DNA from: a virus
Lineage: Duplodnaviria > Caudoviricetes
Strand: one strand, 5' to 3'
IMG/VR virus record: IMGVR_UViG_3300043618_000034
Location: 2,287 to 66,286 of that record
DNA: 64,000 nt
Shown here: positions 26,142-34,655 of the stretch, piece by piece
Layout: each line of letters begins with the position of its first letter
How positions within the stretch are numbered: position 1 is the first letter of the stretch
The notes under the pieces: generated by a model
What the model was told of the DNA's origin: nothing
Database searches by the model: none
Seen by the model: the letters and a program-made list of their open reading frames with translations, nothing else
Position numbers and translations under genes: made by a program

Positions 26142-26477
26142 GTGCCCGTGCCCACCGAGCTCGTTCCCCTGCTCGCCGCCGAGATCATCTACGTCCTTGC
26201 CTGCATCACCTACGGCACCCGCCCCGGAGCTCCCATCTGGCTGAGCTGGCCCGCCCGGCTTTGGACCAGGCTCAAGAACGTTGGCAGACCCAAGACCTCG
26301 CTCGCCCCTCCCCCTGACTACGCGAAGATCCACCGCCTGGAACGCGAGCTCGGCCTCGTCGACGAGCGGCCCCTGCGTGCCACCCCCGTCTGCCTGGTCA
26401 AGGGCTGCACCGACGCGGATATCGACGAGCTCCGCAGCTGGGGCGGCATGCTGCTCATCCGCGTCCACAATCACTGA
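26142..26477 (+). CDS. Membrane-anchored hypothetical protein
   Basis: N-terminal hydrophobic segment; PDYAKIHRLERELG. Confidence 0.65.
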   Translation: MPVPTELVPLLAAEIIYVLACITYGTRPGAPIWLSWPARLWTRLKNVGRPKTSLAPPPDYAKIHRLERELGLVDERPLRATPVCLVKGCTDADIDELRSWGGMLLIRVHNH

Positions 26478-26486
26478 GGAGATGCC

Positions 26487-26981
26487 GTGACCGACCATCT
26501 GGTGACGTTCCTGCGCGCCCGCCTCGACGAGGATGAACAGATCGTGCAGCGCAGCTACTACAGCGACACGTACTGGGAGCTGTTCACGACGACGGCTCGC
26601 CTTGGTGCCTGGCGGGCTTGGCGTGGGTACTTCCCGCGTGAGCTGTGGGACGCGAAGGCGACCGACGCCATCGCAGACGCCACGCGGGATGCTATCCGGG
26701 ACCGGATCACGGCCCATGAGGCGGACCGGGCAGAGCGTGCCCTCGCCGAGGTCGACGCCAAGCGAGAGATGCTGCGCGAAGCGGACTCCTTCTGCGCGGA
26801 GTACTACGCCGACATGGACGACGACAACAGCAACTACCAACGTGCGGAATGCTGGCGACAGACGAACGCCCGCCTCCTCGCCCTGCCCTACGCCGATCAC
26901 CCCGACTACCGGGACGAGTGGCGGCCGACGACATGCCACACTCAGGCGCCACTTGACATCCCACCAGCACCGAAGCCATGA
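26487..26981 (+). CDS. DUF6221-like hypothetical protein
   Basis: LVTFLRARLDEDE...AEVDAKR...LLALPYADHPDYRDEWRP. Confidence 0.75.
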   Translation: MTDHLVTFLRARLDEDEQIVQRSYYSDTYWELFTTTARLGAWRAWRGYFPRELWDAKATDAIADATRDAIRDRITAHEADRAERALAEVDAKREMLREADSFCAEYYADMDDDNSNYQRAECWRQTNARLLALPYADHPDYRDEWRPTTCHTQAPLDIPPAPKP

Positions 26982-26982
26982 T
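26953..26982 (+). promoter_or_regulatory. Strong housekeeping-sigma promoter, probable late promoter
   Basis: TTGACA-N18-CATGAT, immediately upstream of the long rightward late region. Confidence 0.7.
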
Positions 26983-27007
26983 CTGCTCATCTGGAACTTT
27001 TGTCGCT

Positions 27008-27038
27008 AGGGCCACCCATGGGTGGCCCTTCGTCATTC
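27008..27038 (+). terminator. Leader terminator/attenuator after the late promoter
   Basis: Perfect 22-bp palindrome AGGGCCACCCATGGGTGGCCCT followed by TCGTCATT. Confidence 0.6.
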
Positions 27039-27050
27039 CCGGGGGTGACC

Positions 27051-27281
27051 ATGGCCTCCACACCGCAGCTCGTCACCGCAGCCGACGCCGCCGTCTACAC
27101 AGGGCGGTCGGTCGGCACCATCTGGCGGTGGGCCTCCGAGGGTCGCATCCACCGGTACGGCACCGGCAAGCAAGTCCGGTACGACCTCCGCCAGCTCCAG
27201 CGCCGCACCGTCGACGAATGGACCGGCGACGTCACCCTCGCCGAACCCCCACCGCTACCCGAAGGCGCGCACGCCGCGTGA
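27051..27281 (+). CDS. MerR/excisionase-type HTH protein
   Basis: VTAADAAVYTGRSVGTIWRWASEGRI. Confidence 0.75.
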   Translation: MASTPQLVTAADAAVYTGRSVGTIWRWASEGRIHRYGTGKQVRYDLRQLQRRTVDEWTGDVTLAEPPPLPEGAHAA

Positions 27282-27291
27282 GAGGAGCCTC

Positions 27292-27531
27292 ATGAGCACT
27301 ACCGCCGACAGCACCCGCTACCTCGGTACCGTCTGGCGCGGCCAGAAGCCCTGGCAGTGGAAGGCCCTATACGCCGGGCACGTGCAACCGCGCGGGTACC
27401 GCACCCGATGGACCGACAGCCGTCGTTGGCAACTCCACCTCACGCCGATTCACATCGAGCGCGACGGGGACAAGTGGGAGATCGGCCTCTGCCTCGGCAA
27501 GCGCACCGTCTTCCTGAAAACCCACCGCTGA
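27292..27531 (+). CDS. Hypothetical protein
   Basis: GAGGAG SD. Confidence 0.65.
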   Translation: MSTTADSTRYLGTVWRGQKPWQWKALYAGHVQPRGYRTRWTDSRRWQLHLTPIHIERDGDKWEIGLCLGKRTVFLKTHR

Positions 27532-27551
27532 CCGAGAGGAGCCCGCGCGCC

Positions 27552-27791
27552 ATGGCCGAACAGCCCGTCGGGCAACTCCTCGACGCACTCGGCGTGACCG
27601 TGGACCTCGACGACGGCGACATGCCCGTCGACGCCCACGTCATGATCAAAGCCGTCAAGGGCGACGGAACCGTCACCCTCATCAAAGGCGTCAGCGAATC
27701 CCTCGACTGGATCTCAGCCCTCGGCATGCTCACCGCCGCGCTAGAGATCGAAAACAGCGGCTACATCAGCAGCAGCCGCGACGACGGCTAA
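27552..27791 (+). CDS. Hypothetical protein
   Basis: [23 protein letters not shown]...WISALGML; GAGGAG SD. Confidence 0.7.
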   Translation: MAEQPVGQLLDALGVTVDLDDGDMPVDAHVMIKAVKGDGTVTLIKGVSESLDWISALGMLTAALEIENSGYISSSRDDG

Positions 27792-27993
27792 CCCACAAAC
27801 CCGGAGCCGACTTCCCCCGGACCGGCTCCGACGTCCGCCGCCAGGCCCCCACCTCCACGGCTCCTGGAGTAAGCCCGGCGGCGGACACCCCCCAACTCCT
27901 GCCGCTGGTCGCTCATCCGGCCGCAAGAACCGCTCCGGCCCTACACCGATGGCTCCCCGGGCCGGAGCGGACCCCACCACGGCGGAGGTGACG

Positions 27994-29085
27994 ATGCCAC
28001 TGCCCAACTGGCTGACCACCCGCACGATCACCCACACCTACCTCCGACTCGACGGCACCCCCCGCACAGGCCCCGTCACCTTCCGGGCCGAGCCGAACGT
28101 GCTGACCTCTGCCACCCACGGCACGACCATCGTGGGCGACATCGAAGTGCAACTCGTAGACGGCGTCCTGTCCGTCGCACTGCCCGTGAACGACGACCCG
28201 GACATCAAACCCACGGGATTCACCTACCGGGTCTTCGAGCGCTGGTACGACAGCCCAGGCAGCACCTACTCGATCTCCCTGCCCTCCGGGTCCTCAACGA
28301 TCAAGCTCGCCGAACTGGCGCCCACGGACCCCAACGGCGGCGACTACGTCATCGTCCCCGGCCCGCCCGGACCACCAGGCCCAACAGGCTCGCAGGGGCC
28401 GCCCGGCACGACCGGGCCCACAGGAGCAACAGGGCCAGCCGGACCGAAAGGCGACACCGGCAACGAAGGCCCCACTGGCCCGACGGGGCAAACCGGCGCG
28501 ACCGGACCCGCCGGCGCAACCGGCGCAACCGGTACCGCAGGACCCAAGGGCGACACCGGCAGCCAAGGCCCCCAAGGCCCGGCGGGCGAATCAGGCCCGG
28601 CCGGACCTGCGGGACCGGCAGGCCCGATCGGGGCGGCAGGGCCGCAAGGTCCCACCGGGCCCGCCGGAGCCGACGGCAGCAACGCCGAGGCCGAGGCGTA
28701 CACCGACACCGCCATCACCACCCACACGGGCGCCACAGACCCGCACGGGGATCGCGCATGGGCTAGCTCGGTGTTCGCCACCTTGGCCGCGCTCGCGACA
28801 ACCAACGGCAACGTCTCCAACCTCGACGGCTACCTCGCCGACCTCCTCAACCGGATCGCCGCAGTCGAGAACGGAACGGCCTTCCTGGCCGGAGTGCAGA
28901 CCAGCACCGTCAACGTGGCGTACAAGCACACCCTCGACGGCACCGGCGACAAGCTCGGCTTCCACGGCGTCGCCCCCATCGCACGGCAGACCGCCACCGG
29001 CAGCCGCACCGACGGAACCGCACTCGCCAGCCTCCTGGCCGCGCTCCACAACCTCGGCCTGATCACCAACAGCACCACGACATAG
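27994..29085 (+). CDS. Collagen-like fibre protein
   Basis: 36 uninterrupted Gly-X-Y triplets (13 with Thr at Y), phage-fibre-type N-terminal domain, DPHGD motif; GGAGGTG SD. Confidence 0.85.
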   Translation: MPLPNWLTTRTITHTYLRLDGTPRTGPVTFRAEPNVLTSATHGTTIVGDIEVQLVDGVLSVALPVNDDPDIKPTGFTYRVFERWYDSPGSTYSISLPSGSSTIKLAELAPTDPNGGDYVIVPGPPGPPGPTGSQGPPGTTGPTGATGPAGPKGDTGNEGPTGPTGQTGATGPAGATGATGTAGPKGDTGSQGPQGPAGESGPAGPAGPAGPIGAAGPQGPTGPAGADGSNAEAEAYTDTAITTHTGATDPHGDRAWASSVFATLAALATTNGNVSNLDGYLADLLNRIAAVENGTAFLAGVQTSTVNVAYKHTLDGTGDKLGFHGVAPIARQTATGSRTDGTALASLLAALHNLGLITNSTTT

Positions 29086-29088
29086 GAG

Positions 29089-29481
29089 GTGGACGTCATC
29101 GCCGATGCACTAACCAACACTGCCGAAAACCGGATGATCGACTGGGTCATGGGCAACACGACCACGGCGCCCACCATGCCGCTCAAGGTCGCGCTCGTCA
29201 CGGTCGTCGGAACGGACACGACGGCAGGCACTGAAGTGACCGGCGGATCCTACGCACGGAAGACGCTGACAGCTGGCGCCGCAGTCAACGGTGCCACCAG
29301 CAACAGCGCCGACCTCATTTGGACAGGAATGCCAGCCGCCACCGTCGTAGGCGTCGACGTATGGGACTCCGCAGGCACACCGGTGAGGCTTTGGTACGGG
29401 TCGCTCGCCGCCAACCGCACCGTCCTGGCAGGCGATGAACTCAAAATCTTGGCCTCCCAGTTGACGTTCTCGCTCGCATAG
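29089..29481 (+). CDS. Small virion/fibre-associated protein (SD spacing points to ATC at 29098)
   Basis: TEVTGGSYAR, VVGVDVWD, LWYG motifs typical of phage fibre-associated beta proteins. Confidence 0.7.
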   Translation: MDVIADALTNTAENRMIDWVMGNTTTAPTMPLKVALVTVVGTDTTAGTEVTGGSYARKTLTAGAAVNGATSNSADLIWTGMPAATVVGVDVWDSAGTPVRLWYGSLAANRTVLAGDELKILASQLTFSLA

Positions 29482-29493
29482 TCAGGGGGAACG

Positions 29494-30330
29494 ATGCCCC
29501 TGTTCACCGCCCTGGTCGACAACTTCAACGACGGCATCACCGGGCCCGAGTGGGGCAACGCCTACGGCGGCGTCACTGAACCTGGCGGGCGTGCACGCGT
29601 CCCCTGCACCACCGGATACGCGGGCTACCAGACCGGATACGCGTACACGCTCACGGGAAGCAGCGTGTACCTCCAGGTCCCCGTCGTACCGGCTCTGTCG
29701 ACGGCGACGACCGAAGCTATCGCCTGCATGATGATCCTCTCCGGAACCGCAGGAACCCGGCTCGGATTCGTGATCAACGCTGTCGGCGGCCTGCTCCGCT
29801 GCAAGTCGGAGGTCGGCTACTACGACCCCGCCAGCGTCGACATCACCTACAACGCCACCACTCACAAGTGGCTGAGGGTCCAGGAGACCGGCGGGACCAT
29901 CCTCTTCGACACCTCACCCGACGGAACCACGTGGACCAACCGCAGGACGCTCGCGACACCGCCCTGGGTGACGAGCGCGGTCGACACGCTCGCGCTCGAC
30001 CTGTTCTGTCACCGCGACGCAGGGACCGCCGACTACGCTGAGTACGACCAGGTCAACACCCTGAGCAACGGCGCCGTGTACACCGCCTCGGCCACCCTCA
30101 CCGCGGACAGCACACTCACGGCGACCGGGGTCTACTCGGCGGTCGTCAGCTCGGCGCTCACAGCCGACGGCACCCTCACCGCCGACACCCGGCTCACTGC
30201 CGTCGCGTCCGCGGGACTCACGGCCGAGTCCGACCTCAGCGCCACCACGGTCGGCCCGGACCTCGACGACGTCGACGCCTACGTCGGCAAGGCGCGAAGC
30301 GGATGGACGGTCAGCGAACCATGGAAATAG
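29494..30330 (+). CDS. Virion protein with lectin/ConA-like beta-sandwich and Thr/Ala-rich stalk
   Basis: DNFNDG start; WLRVQETGGTILFDTSPDGTTW; LTADSTLT repeats. Confidence 0.65.
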   Translation: MPLFTALVDNFNDGITGPEWGNAYGGVTEPGGRARVPCTTGYAGYQTGYAYTLTGSSVYLQVPVVPALSTATTEAIACMMILSGTAGTRLGFVINAVGGLLRCKSEVGYYDPASVDITYNATTHKWLRVQETGGTILFDTSPDGTTWTNRRTLATPPWVTSAVDTLALDLFCHRDAGTADYAEYDQVNTLSNGAVYTASATLTADSTLTATGVYSAVVSSALTADGTLTADTRLTAVASAGLTAESDLSATTVGPDLDDVDAYVGKARSGWTVSEPWK

Positions 30331-30614
30331 CCGCCACCAGCACCGAGTTCATCCACGTCACCGCCGTCGCGAAGGTGGCCAGCGCGAGCGTCCCGTCACC
30401 CGCGCCACCAAAGTTCGCGTTCCTCTCAACGGCTGCCAACCCGGCGCCCGGCGACTGGCTCACCGGCGAGTGGGCCACCCCGCGCGCCCGCATCCTCGTC
30501 GGCCCGGCTGGTGGCGCCGTCACACTCGCGGCTGGCGAGTACGCAGTCTGGGTCACCTTCACCGCTGGCACCGAGACGCCCGTCTACCGGGCTGGCACCG
30601 TCACCGTCTACTGA
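30321..30614 (+). CDS. Small Ig-like (BppU-type) adaptor protein
   Basis: Beta-rich; GEYAVWVTFTAGTETPV motif. Confidence 0.6.
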   Translation: MEIAATSTEFIHVTAVAKVASASVPSPAPPKFAFLSTAANPAPGDWLTGEWATPRARILVGPAGGAVTLAAGEYAVWVTFTAGTETPVYRAGTVTVY

Positions 30615-30631
30615 TCGCAGGAGCCCGCGCC

Positions 30632-31342
30632 ATGGCCGACGACCTGCTCGTCATCATCCCCACCCGCGGCCGACCCGGCAGCATCCCCGCCCTCGTCAAG
30701 GCATGGGACGACACCGGAGCCACCGCCGACCTTCTCTTCGCCGTCGACACCGACGACCCCGAGATCGGCGAGTACAAGAAGCATCAGGCCGCCCTCAAGG
30801 GCGACGCCCGCTTTCGGTTCACCTTCGGCAAGCGGCGACGCCTCGTCGGCACCCTCAACCAGCAGGCGGTCAAGGCGGCCAAGGGCTACCGCTTCCTGGC
30901 GTTCATGGGCGACGACCACCAGCCACGCCCTGCTGATCGGGCATGGGACGCGCGGATCCGCGAGTGCCTGACTGGCGGGCCCGGCATCGTCTACGGCAAC
31001 GACCTGCTCCAGGGTGAGGCCATGGCGACCGCCGTCGCGATGACGTCCGACATCGTCACCACGCTCGGCTACATGGCGCCTCCCTCGTTCGTGCACCTCT
31101 GCATCGACTTGGTCTGGGTCGACTGGGGCAAGGGCATGGAGCGCATCACGTACCTGTCCGACATGGTCATCGAGCACCTCCACCCCGCGGCAGGGAAAGC
31201 CCAAGGAGACGCGGTCTACGAGGAGTGCAACAGCCGCGAGCAGGTCGGAGCCGACGGCGCCGCCTACTACGCCTACCGCGACGAAGGCGGACTCGAAGCC
31301 GACCTGGCCAAGCTCCGGAAACTCGTCGAGGAGGCAGCATGA
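30632..31342 (+). CDS. GT-A fold glycosyltransferase (GT2-like)
   Basis: LLVIIPTRGRP, FAVDTDDP, FMGDDH, DLVW, IEHLH motifs. Confidence 0.8.
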   Translation: MADDLLVIIPTRGRPGSIPALVKAWDDTGATADLLFAVDTDDPEIGEYKKHQAALKGDARFRFTFGKRRRLVGTLNQQAVKAAKGYRFLAFMGDDHQPRPADRAWDARIRECLTGGPGIVYGNDLLQGEAMATAVAMTSDIVTTLGYMAPPSFVHLCIDLVWVDWGKGMERITYLSDMVIEHLHPAAGKAQGDAVYEECNSREQVGADGAAYYAYRDEGGLEADLAKLRKLVEEAA

Positions 31343-31506
31343 CCGACCCGGTTTACTTCCTTGAGGTTCCAGACGACGGCCGCCACATGGAAAACGCTGC
31401 CCCGAACCTGCCGAAGGAACACAACACGCTCGCCGATGCCCGCCGCCACAACCAGGCCGTCCTCCGCCGCTGGCTGGCCGACCGAGCGCGGACGCAGGAG
31501 GCGTGA
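31339..31506 (+). CDS. Small hypothetical protein
   Basis: ATGA overlap, GGAGG SD. Confidence 0.5.
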   Translation: MTDPVYFLEVPDDGRHMENAAPNLPKEHNTLADARRHNQAVLRRWLADRARTQEA

Positions 31507-31509
31507 GGC

Positions 31510-32382
31510 GTGTTGCACGTTCTCCTCACCGGTCACCGCGGCTTCATCGGCAGGCACCTGCACGCAGCGATGGAGGCGCGCGGGTGGGACGTCGACGGCA
31601 TCGAGCTCGAACCGCGGCACTCCGACACGCTTGACCTCTTCCGCTACAGCACCGACGTCTATGACCTTGCCATCCATTGCGCGGCGGTCGTAGGCGGCCG
31701 AGCCTCCATCGACGGCAGTCCGCTCGGCGTCGCCACGAACCTGGCGCTCGACTCCTGGTACATGCGGTGGTTGGCCCGCAGCTACATCCCGCGCGCCGTG
31801 TACTTCAGCTCCTCAGCCGCCTACCCGACCGCCCTCCAGCAGCCGGGCGAGATCCACCGCCTCGTCGAGGACGACATCAACTACGAGCAGCCCGGACGCC
31901 CCGACGCGACCTACGGGCTGGCCAAACTCACCGGAGAGCAGCTCTGCCAGTATGCGGAGGCCGAGGGCACGCAGATGACGATCCTCCGGCCGTTCTCCGG
32001 GTACGGCGCGGATCAGGCCGACTGCTACCCGTTCCCCGCATTCATCGCCCGCGCGAAAGCGCGGCAAGACCCGTTCGAGGTATGGGGCGACGGCGGATCG
32101 ACGCGCGACTGGATCCACGTCGACGACCTCGTCGGCGCCACCCTCGCCGCCGTCGACCAGGACGTGCGCGGACCGGTGAACTTGGGCTGGGGCAGGGCGA
32201 CCTCATTCGACGAACTCGCTGGCTACGTCACCCAGGCCGCCGGGTACAGCCCGCGCATCAAACACGTGAGCACCGCGCCGCAGGGCGTGCACCACAGGGT
32301 GTGCGACCCCAAGCGCATGCTCGCCTTCTACGACCCGAAGGTGACCTTGGAAGAGGGCATCCGACGGGCGCTCAACGCCTGA
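31510..32382 (+). CDS. NAD-dependent NDP-sugar epimerase/dehydratase (extended SDR)
   Basis: TGHRGFIG, HCAAVVGG, SSSAAY, YGLAK, VWGDGGSTRDWIHVDD. Confidence 0.9.
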   Translation: MLHVLLTGHRGFIGRHLHAAMEARGWDVDGIELEPRHSDTLDLFRYSTDVYDLAIHCAAVVGGRASIDGSPLGVATNLALDSWYMRWLARSYIPRAVYFSSSAAYPTALQQPGEIHRLVEDDINYEQPGRPDATYGLAKLTGEQLCQYAEAEGTQMTILRPFSGYGADQADCYPFPAFIARAKARQDPFEVWGDGGSTRDWIHVDDLVGATLAAVDQDVRGPVNLGWGRATSFDELAGYVTQAAGYSPRIKHVSTAPQGVHHRVCDPKRMLAFYDPKVTLEEGIRRALNA

Positions 32383-32406
32383 CCCGCCACTACAGGAGCC
32401 CGCGCC

Positions 32407-32685
32407 ATGGCCAAGGACTTTCCCGCATGGGTACCGAAGGACGACGCCTACAAAACCATCCCCAAGCCCAAGGCCCAGGGTGTGGACATCGAGATCCTCG
32501 ACCGAAGCGACGCCGGTTCACACGACGTACTGGCCCCAACTGCGCTACGGATCAACGGTCAGGAAGTGCTGATCCCGAGGGACGCCACCGTGATGGTCGG
32601 CGACGTGCGGTCTGACGAGCTGGTCACCGTGACGCTCACCGTCTTCGCGAGCAGCCTCAGCATCCGGCATGAGCCGACGTCATGA
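32407..32685 (+). CDS. Hypothetical protein
   Basis: AGGAG SD. Confidence 0.7.
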   Translation: MAKDFPAWVPKDDAYKTIPKPKAQGVDIEILDRSDAGSHDVLAPTALRINGQEVLIPRDATVMVGDVRSDELVTVTLTVFASSLSIRHEPTS

Positions 32686-32987
32686 GCGGCGGGTGGAGGG
32701 GGTCGGACCGGAAGCGCCGGCTGCCCCCAGGGTGGGCGACGATCCGCGCGCGGATTCTGGAACGCGACCCGGCGTGCAAGATCTGCGGCGTGCGGCCGTC
32801 GACGATGTGCGACCACATCGTGGCCAAGGCCGATCTCAACGGACCTGCGGATCTTCAGGGCGTGTGCGGACCCTGCCACGACAAGAAGAGCAGCGCCGAA
32901 GGGAACGCCGCCCAACGTGCAAACCCCCGCCCCGGACGCACCCGGCCCGCCGAGCAGCACCCCGGGTTGAGGCAGGAGGAATCATGA
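32682..32987 (+). CDS. Packaging-associated HNH endonuclease (HK97 gp74-like)
   Basis: W...RARILERD..CKIC...CDHI...LQGVCGPCHDKKS; upstream of terminase. Confidence 0.85.
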   Translation: MSGGWRGSDRKRRLPPGWATIRARILERDPACKICGVRPSTMCDHIVAKADLNGPADLQGVCGPCHDKKSSAEGNAAQRANPRPGRTRPAEQHPGLRQEES

Positions 32988-33160
32988 ACAGACTCCGCCA
33001 CGAGTTCTGGTGGTGGGCTGAGCAACGGGCTGGCGTCCTGTGGCACAGGGCCTGCAAGGACGGAGTGTCCTGCTGGCTCGACGGCCTTGTCGGGATCTGC
33101 ATGCGCCGCAGGTATGCCGCTCAGCGAGCCCTGCATCCCGAGCTGTTCCAAGCGAGGTGA
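32984..33160 (+). CDS. Small hypothetical protein
   Basis: AGGAGG SD; ATGA overlap. Confidence 0.55.
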   Translation: MNRLRHEFWWWAEQRAGVLWHRACKDGVSCWLDGLVGICMRRRYAAQRALHPELFQAR

Positions 33161-33161
33161 C

Positions 33162-33359
33162 ATGCCCGGCTACCTGATCACCTACCCGAAGGGGCAGGGC
33201 GAGGACGTACTCGCCGAGGACGACCAGCTGGAGCTCAGCATCGCGCACGGCTGGGCAGTACTCACCGACCAGCACGGACCATGCCTCGCACTACCAGCCC
33301 ACGCAGGCGCGACCATCACCCGCATCGATGAACCCGAGGACGACCAGCACGAGGAGTGA
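33162..33359 (+). CDS. Small hypothetical protein
   Basis: GAGGTG SD. Confidence 0.65.
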   Translation: MPGYLITYPKGQGEDVLAEDDQLELSIAHGWAVLTDQHGPCLALPAHAGATITRIDEPEDDQHEE

Positions 33360-33610
33360 TCCACGTGGCACGAGGACGAGGTAGTAGGCGCAACCGTGGC
33401 AACGCCGAGACCCTGCGCAGGTATTGGAGCGCAGGAGGTCAGGGCGGAGCCAAGATCCGATGGGGCGCTCCGGGCGACTGGACACGATGCACCCGCCAGC
33501 TCCACACCTACCTCGGCGCCAGAGCCAAGGGCTACTGCCAGCTCCTCCACATCCGGAACACCGGCGTGGGCACGGGCAGTCGCATGAACCCCGGCCGCCG
33601 GCGGCGCTGA
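33356..33610 (+). CDS. Basic actinophage head-region protein
   Basis: LRRYW...AKIRWGAPGDWTRC...GYC..LH motif. Confidence 0.65.
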   Translation: MIHVARGRGSRRNRGNAETLRRYWSAGGQGGAKIRWGAPGDWTRCTRQLHTYLGARAKGYCQLLHIRNTGVGTGSRMNPGRRRR

Positions 33611-33707
33611 ACCACCACACAACCGAAGACGCCTGCGGGTCGCTCCCGCGGGAAGAAGGGCCCGATGTCTCCAGGCATCGGGCCTTTCGCATGCCCTGGA
33701 GACAGAC

Positions 33708-34454
33708 ATGAACCCCTGCCATTACTGCGGCACCCCTATGGACAACCCCCGCCGCGTTCAATGCGGAGACCCCGAGTGCAAGAGGCAGCACGTCAACGCG
33801 CGCCAGCGTGAGTTCCAGCAGCGCTACAAGGCCGAGCATGGGAACTACCACAGCAGGCAGTACGACAGGGGCAAGAAGCGGCAGCGCGCGATCACATGCC
33901 AGCAGTGTGGCAGCGATGCAACTGTGACCAAGGCGACCGCGAGGTACTGCTCGCACGCGTGCTTCTACGACGCGCAGTACGGAGTCGACCGGGAGCCCAG
34001 CGCGCCGAAGCGGACACCGCTCGAACAGGCACAGCGCAGGTTGGACAAGGCCGCCGCAGGTACCGCGGGAGAGATCGTGTGGGTCGTCGGCAACTGCACG
34101 CGATGCGGGCAGCACTTCACGCGCAGGCGGTCAGGGATCGGGGTCCAGCACTGCTCGAAGCAGTGCCAGGCCAGGGATAAGGCGTCACGCAGGCGGGCCC
34201 GTGAGGTCGGCTCGGCGGTCGGCTCCGTCTCCCGATGGCGAGTGCACGAGCGTGATGGCTGGAGATGCCACATATGCGGTGACCTAGTCGACCGCGATGC
34301 GGTCGTACCTGACCTTGCTGCACCTGTGCTTGACCACGTCGTTCCGCTGGCCCGCGGTGGACCGCACGCCGAGACCAACATCAAGACCGCCCACTTCTAC
34401 TGCAACAGCGTGAAGCGGGACCTCGTCGACGACTGGTCGGCCGTCGCTGCGTGA
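33708..34454 (+). CDS. HNH endonuclease with N-terminal Zn-finger repeats
   Basis: CHYC, CQQC...YCSHAC, CTRC...CSKQC; VHERDGWRCHIC...LDHVVPLARGG.H...N...AHFYCNSVK. Confidence 0.85.
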   Translation: MNPCHYCGTPMDNPRRVQCGDPECKRQHVNARQREFQQRYKAEHGNYHSRQYDRGKKRQRAITCQQCGSDATVTKATARYCSHACFYDAQYGVDREPSAPKRTPLEQAQRRLDKAAAGTAGEIVWVVGNCTRCGQHFTRRRSGIGVQHCSKQCQARDKASRRRAREVGSAVGSVSRWRVHERDGWRCHICGDLVDRDAVVPDLAAPVLDHVVPLARGGPHAETNIKTAHFYCNSVKRDLVDDWSAVAA

Positions 34455-34655
34455 CCAGGGGGGTTGGGGGTACCGGCCGGCTCTCACGGATCGGGGACGT
34501 ATACGCGGCGTGGGCGGCTACGGGTCTGGGGATCCTGTGACCTGCGACGATGCACACTCGGTCTAGACCACTCGCCCACCCCTCGATGTGGTCGATCAGG
34601 CATCTGTGCAGGTCAGGGGCTAGTAGCCTACACACAGAGGCGGTATCATGGACGC
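34455..34655. other. Non-coding gap, candidate cos/packaging region
   Basis: Position between HNH genes and terS; G-runs; no credible ORF; cut site cannot be located from sequence. Confidence 0.35.

Larger units (their letters stand above)
30618..32412 (+). repeat. 20-bp direct repeat flanking the GT2/epimerase cassette
   Basis: CAGGAGCCCGCGCCATGGCC at 30618-30637 and 32393-32412. Confidence 0.8.

Noticed and set aside
26930-26981. C-terminal extension of the DUF6221-like gene across the late promoter
   Set aside because: Probably a lost stop codon after WRP; no sign of function
28354-28680. Nucleotide-level repeats in both collagen genes (also 58465-58765) as DNA elements
   Set aside because: Fully explained by Gly-X-Y coding
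34470-34479. CGGCCGGTAC on the minus strand resembles 10-nt 3' cos overhangs I recall for some mycobacteriophages
   Set aside because: Short GC-rich match from memory with uncertain orientation; the cut site needs end sequencing
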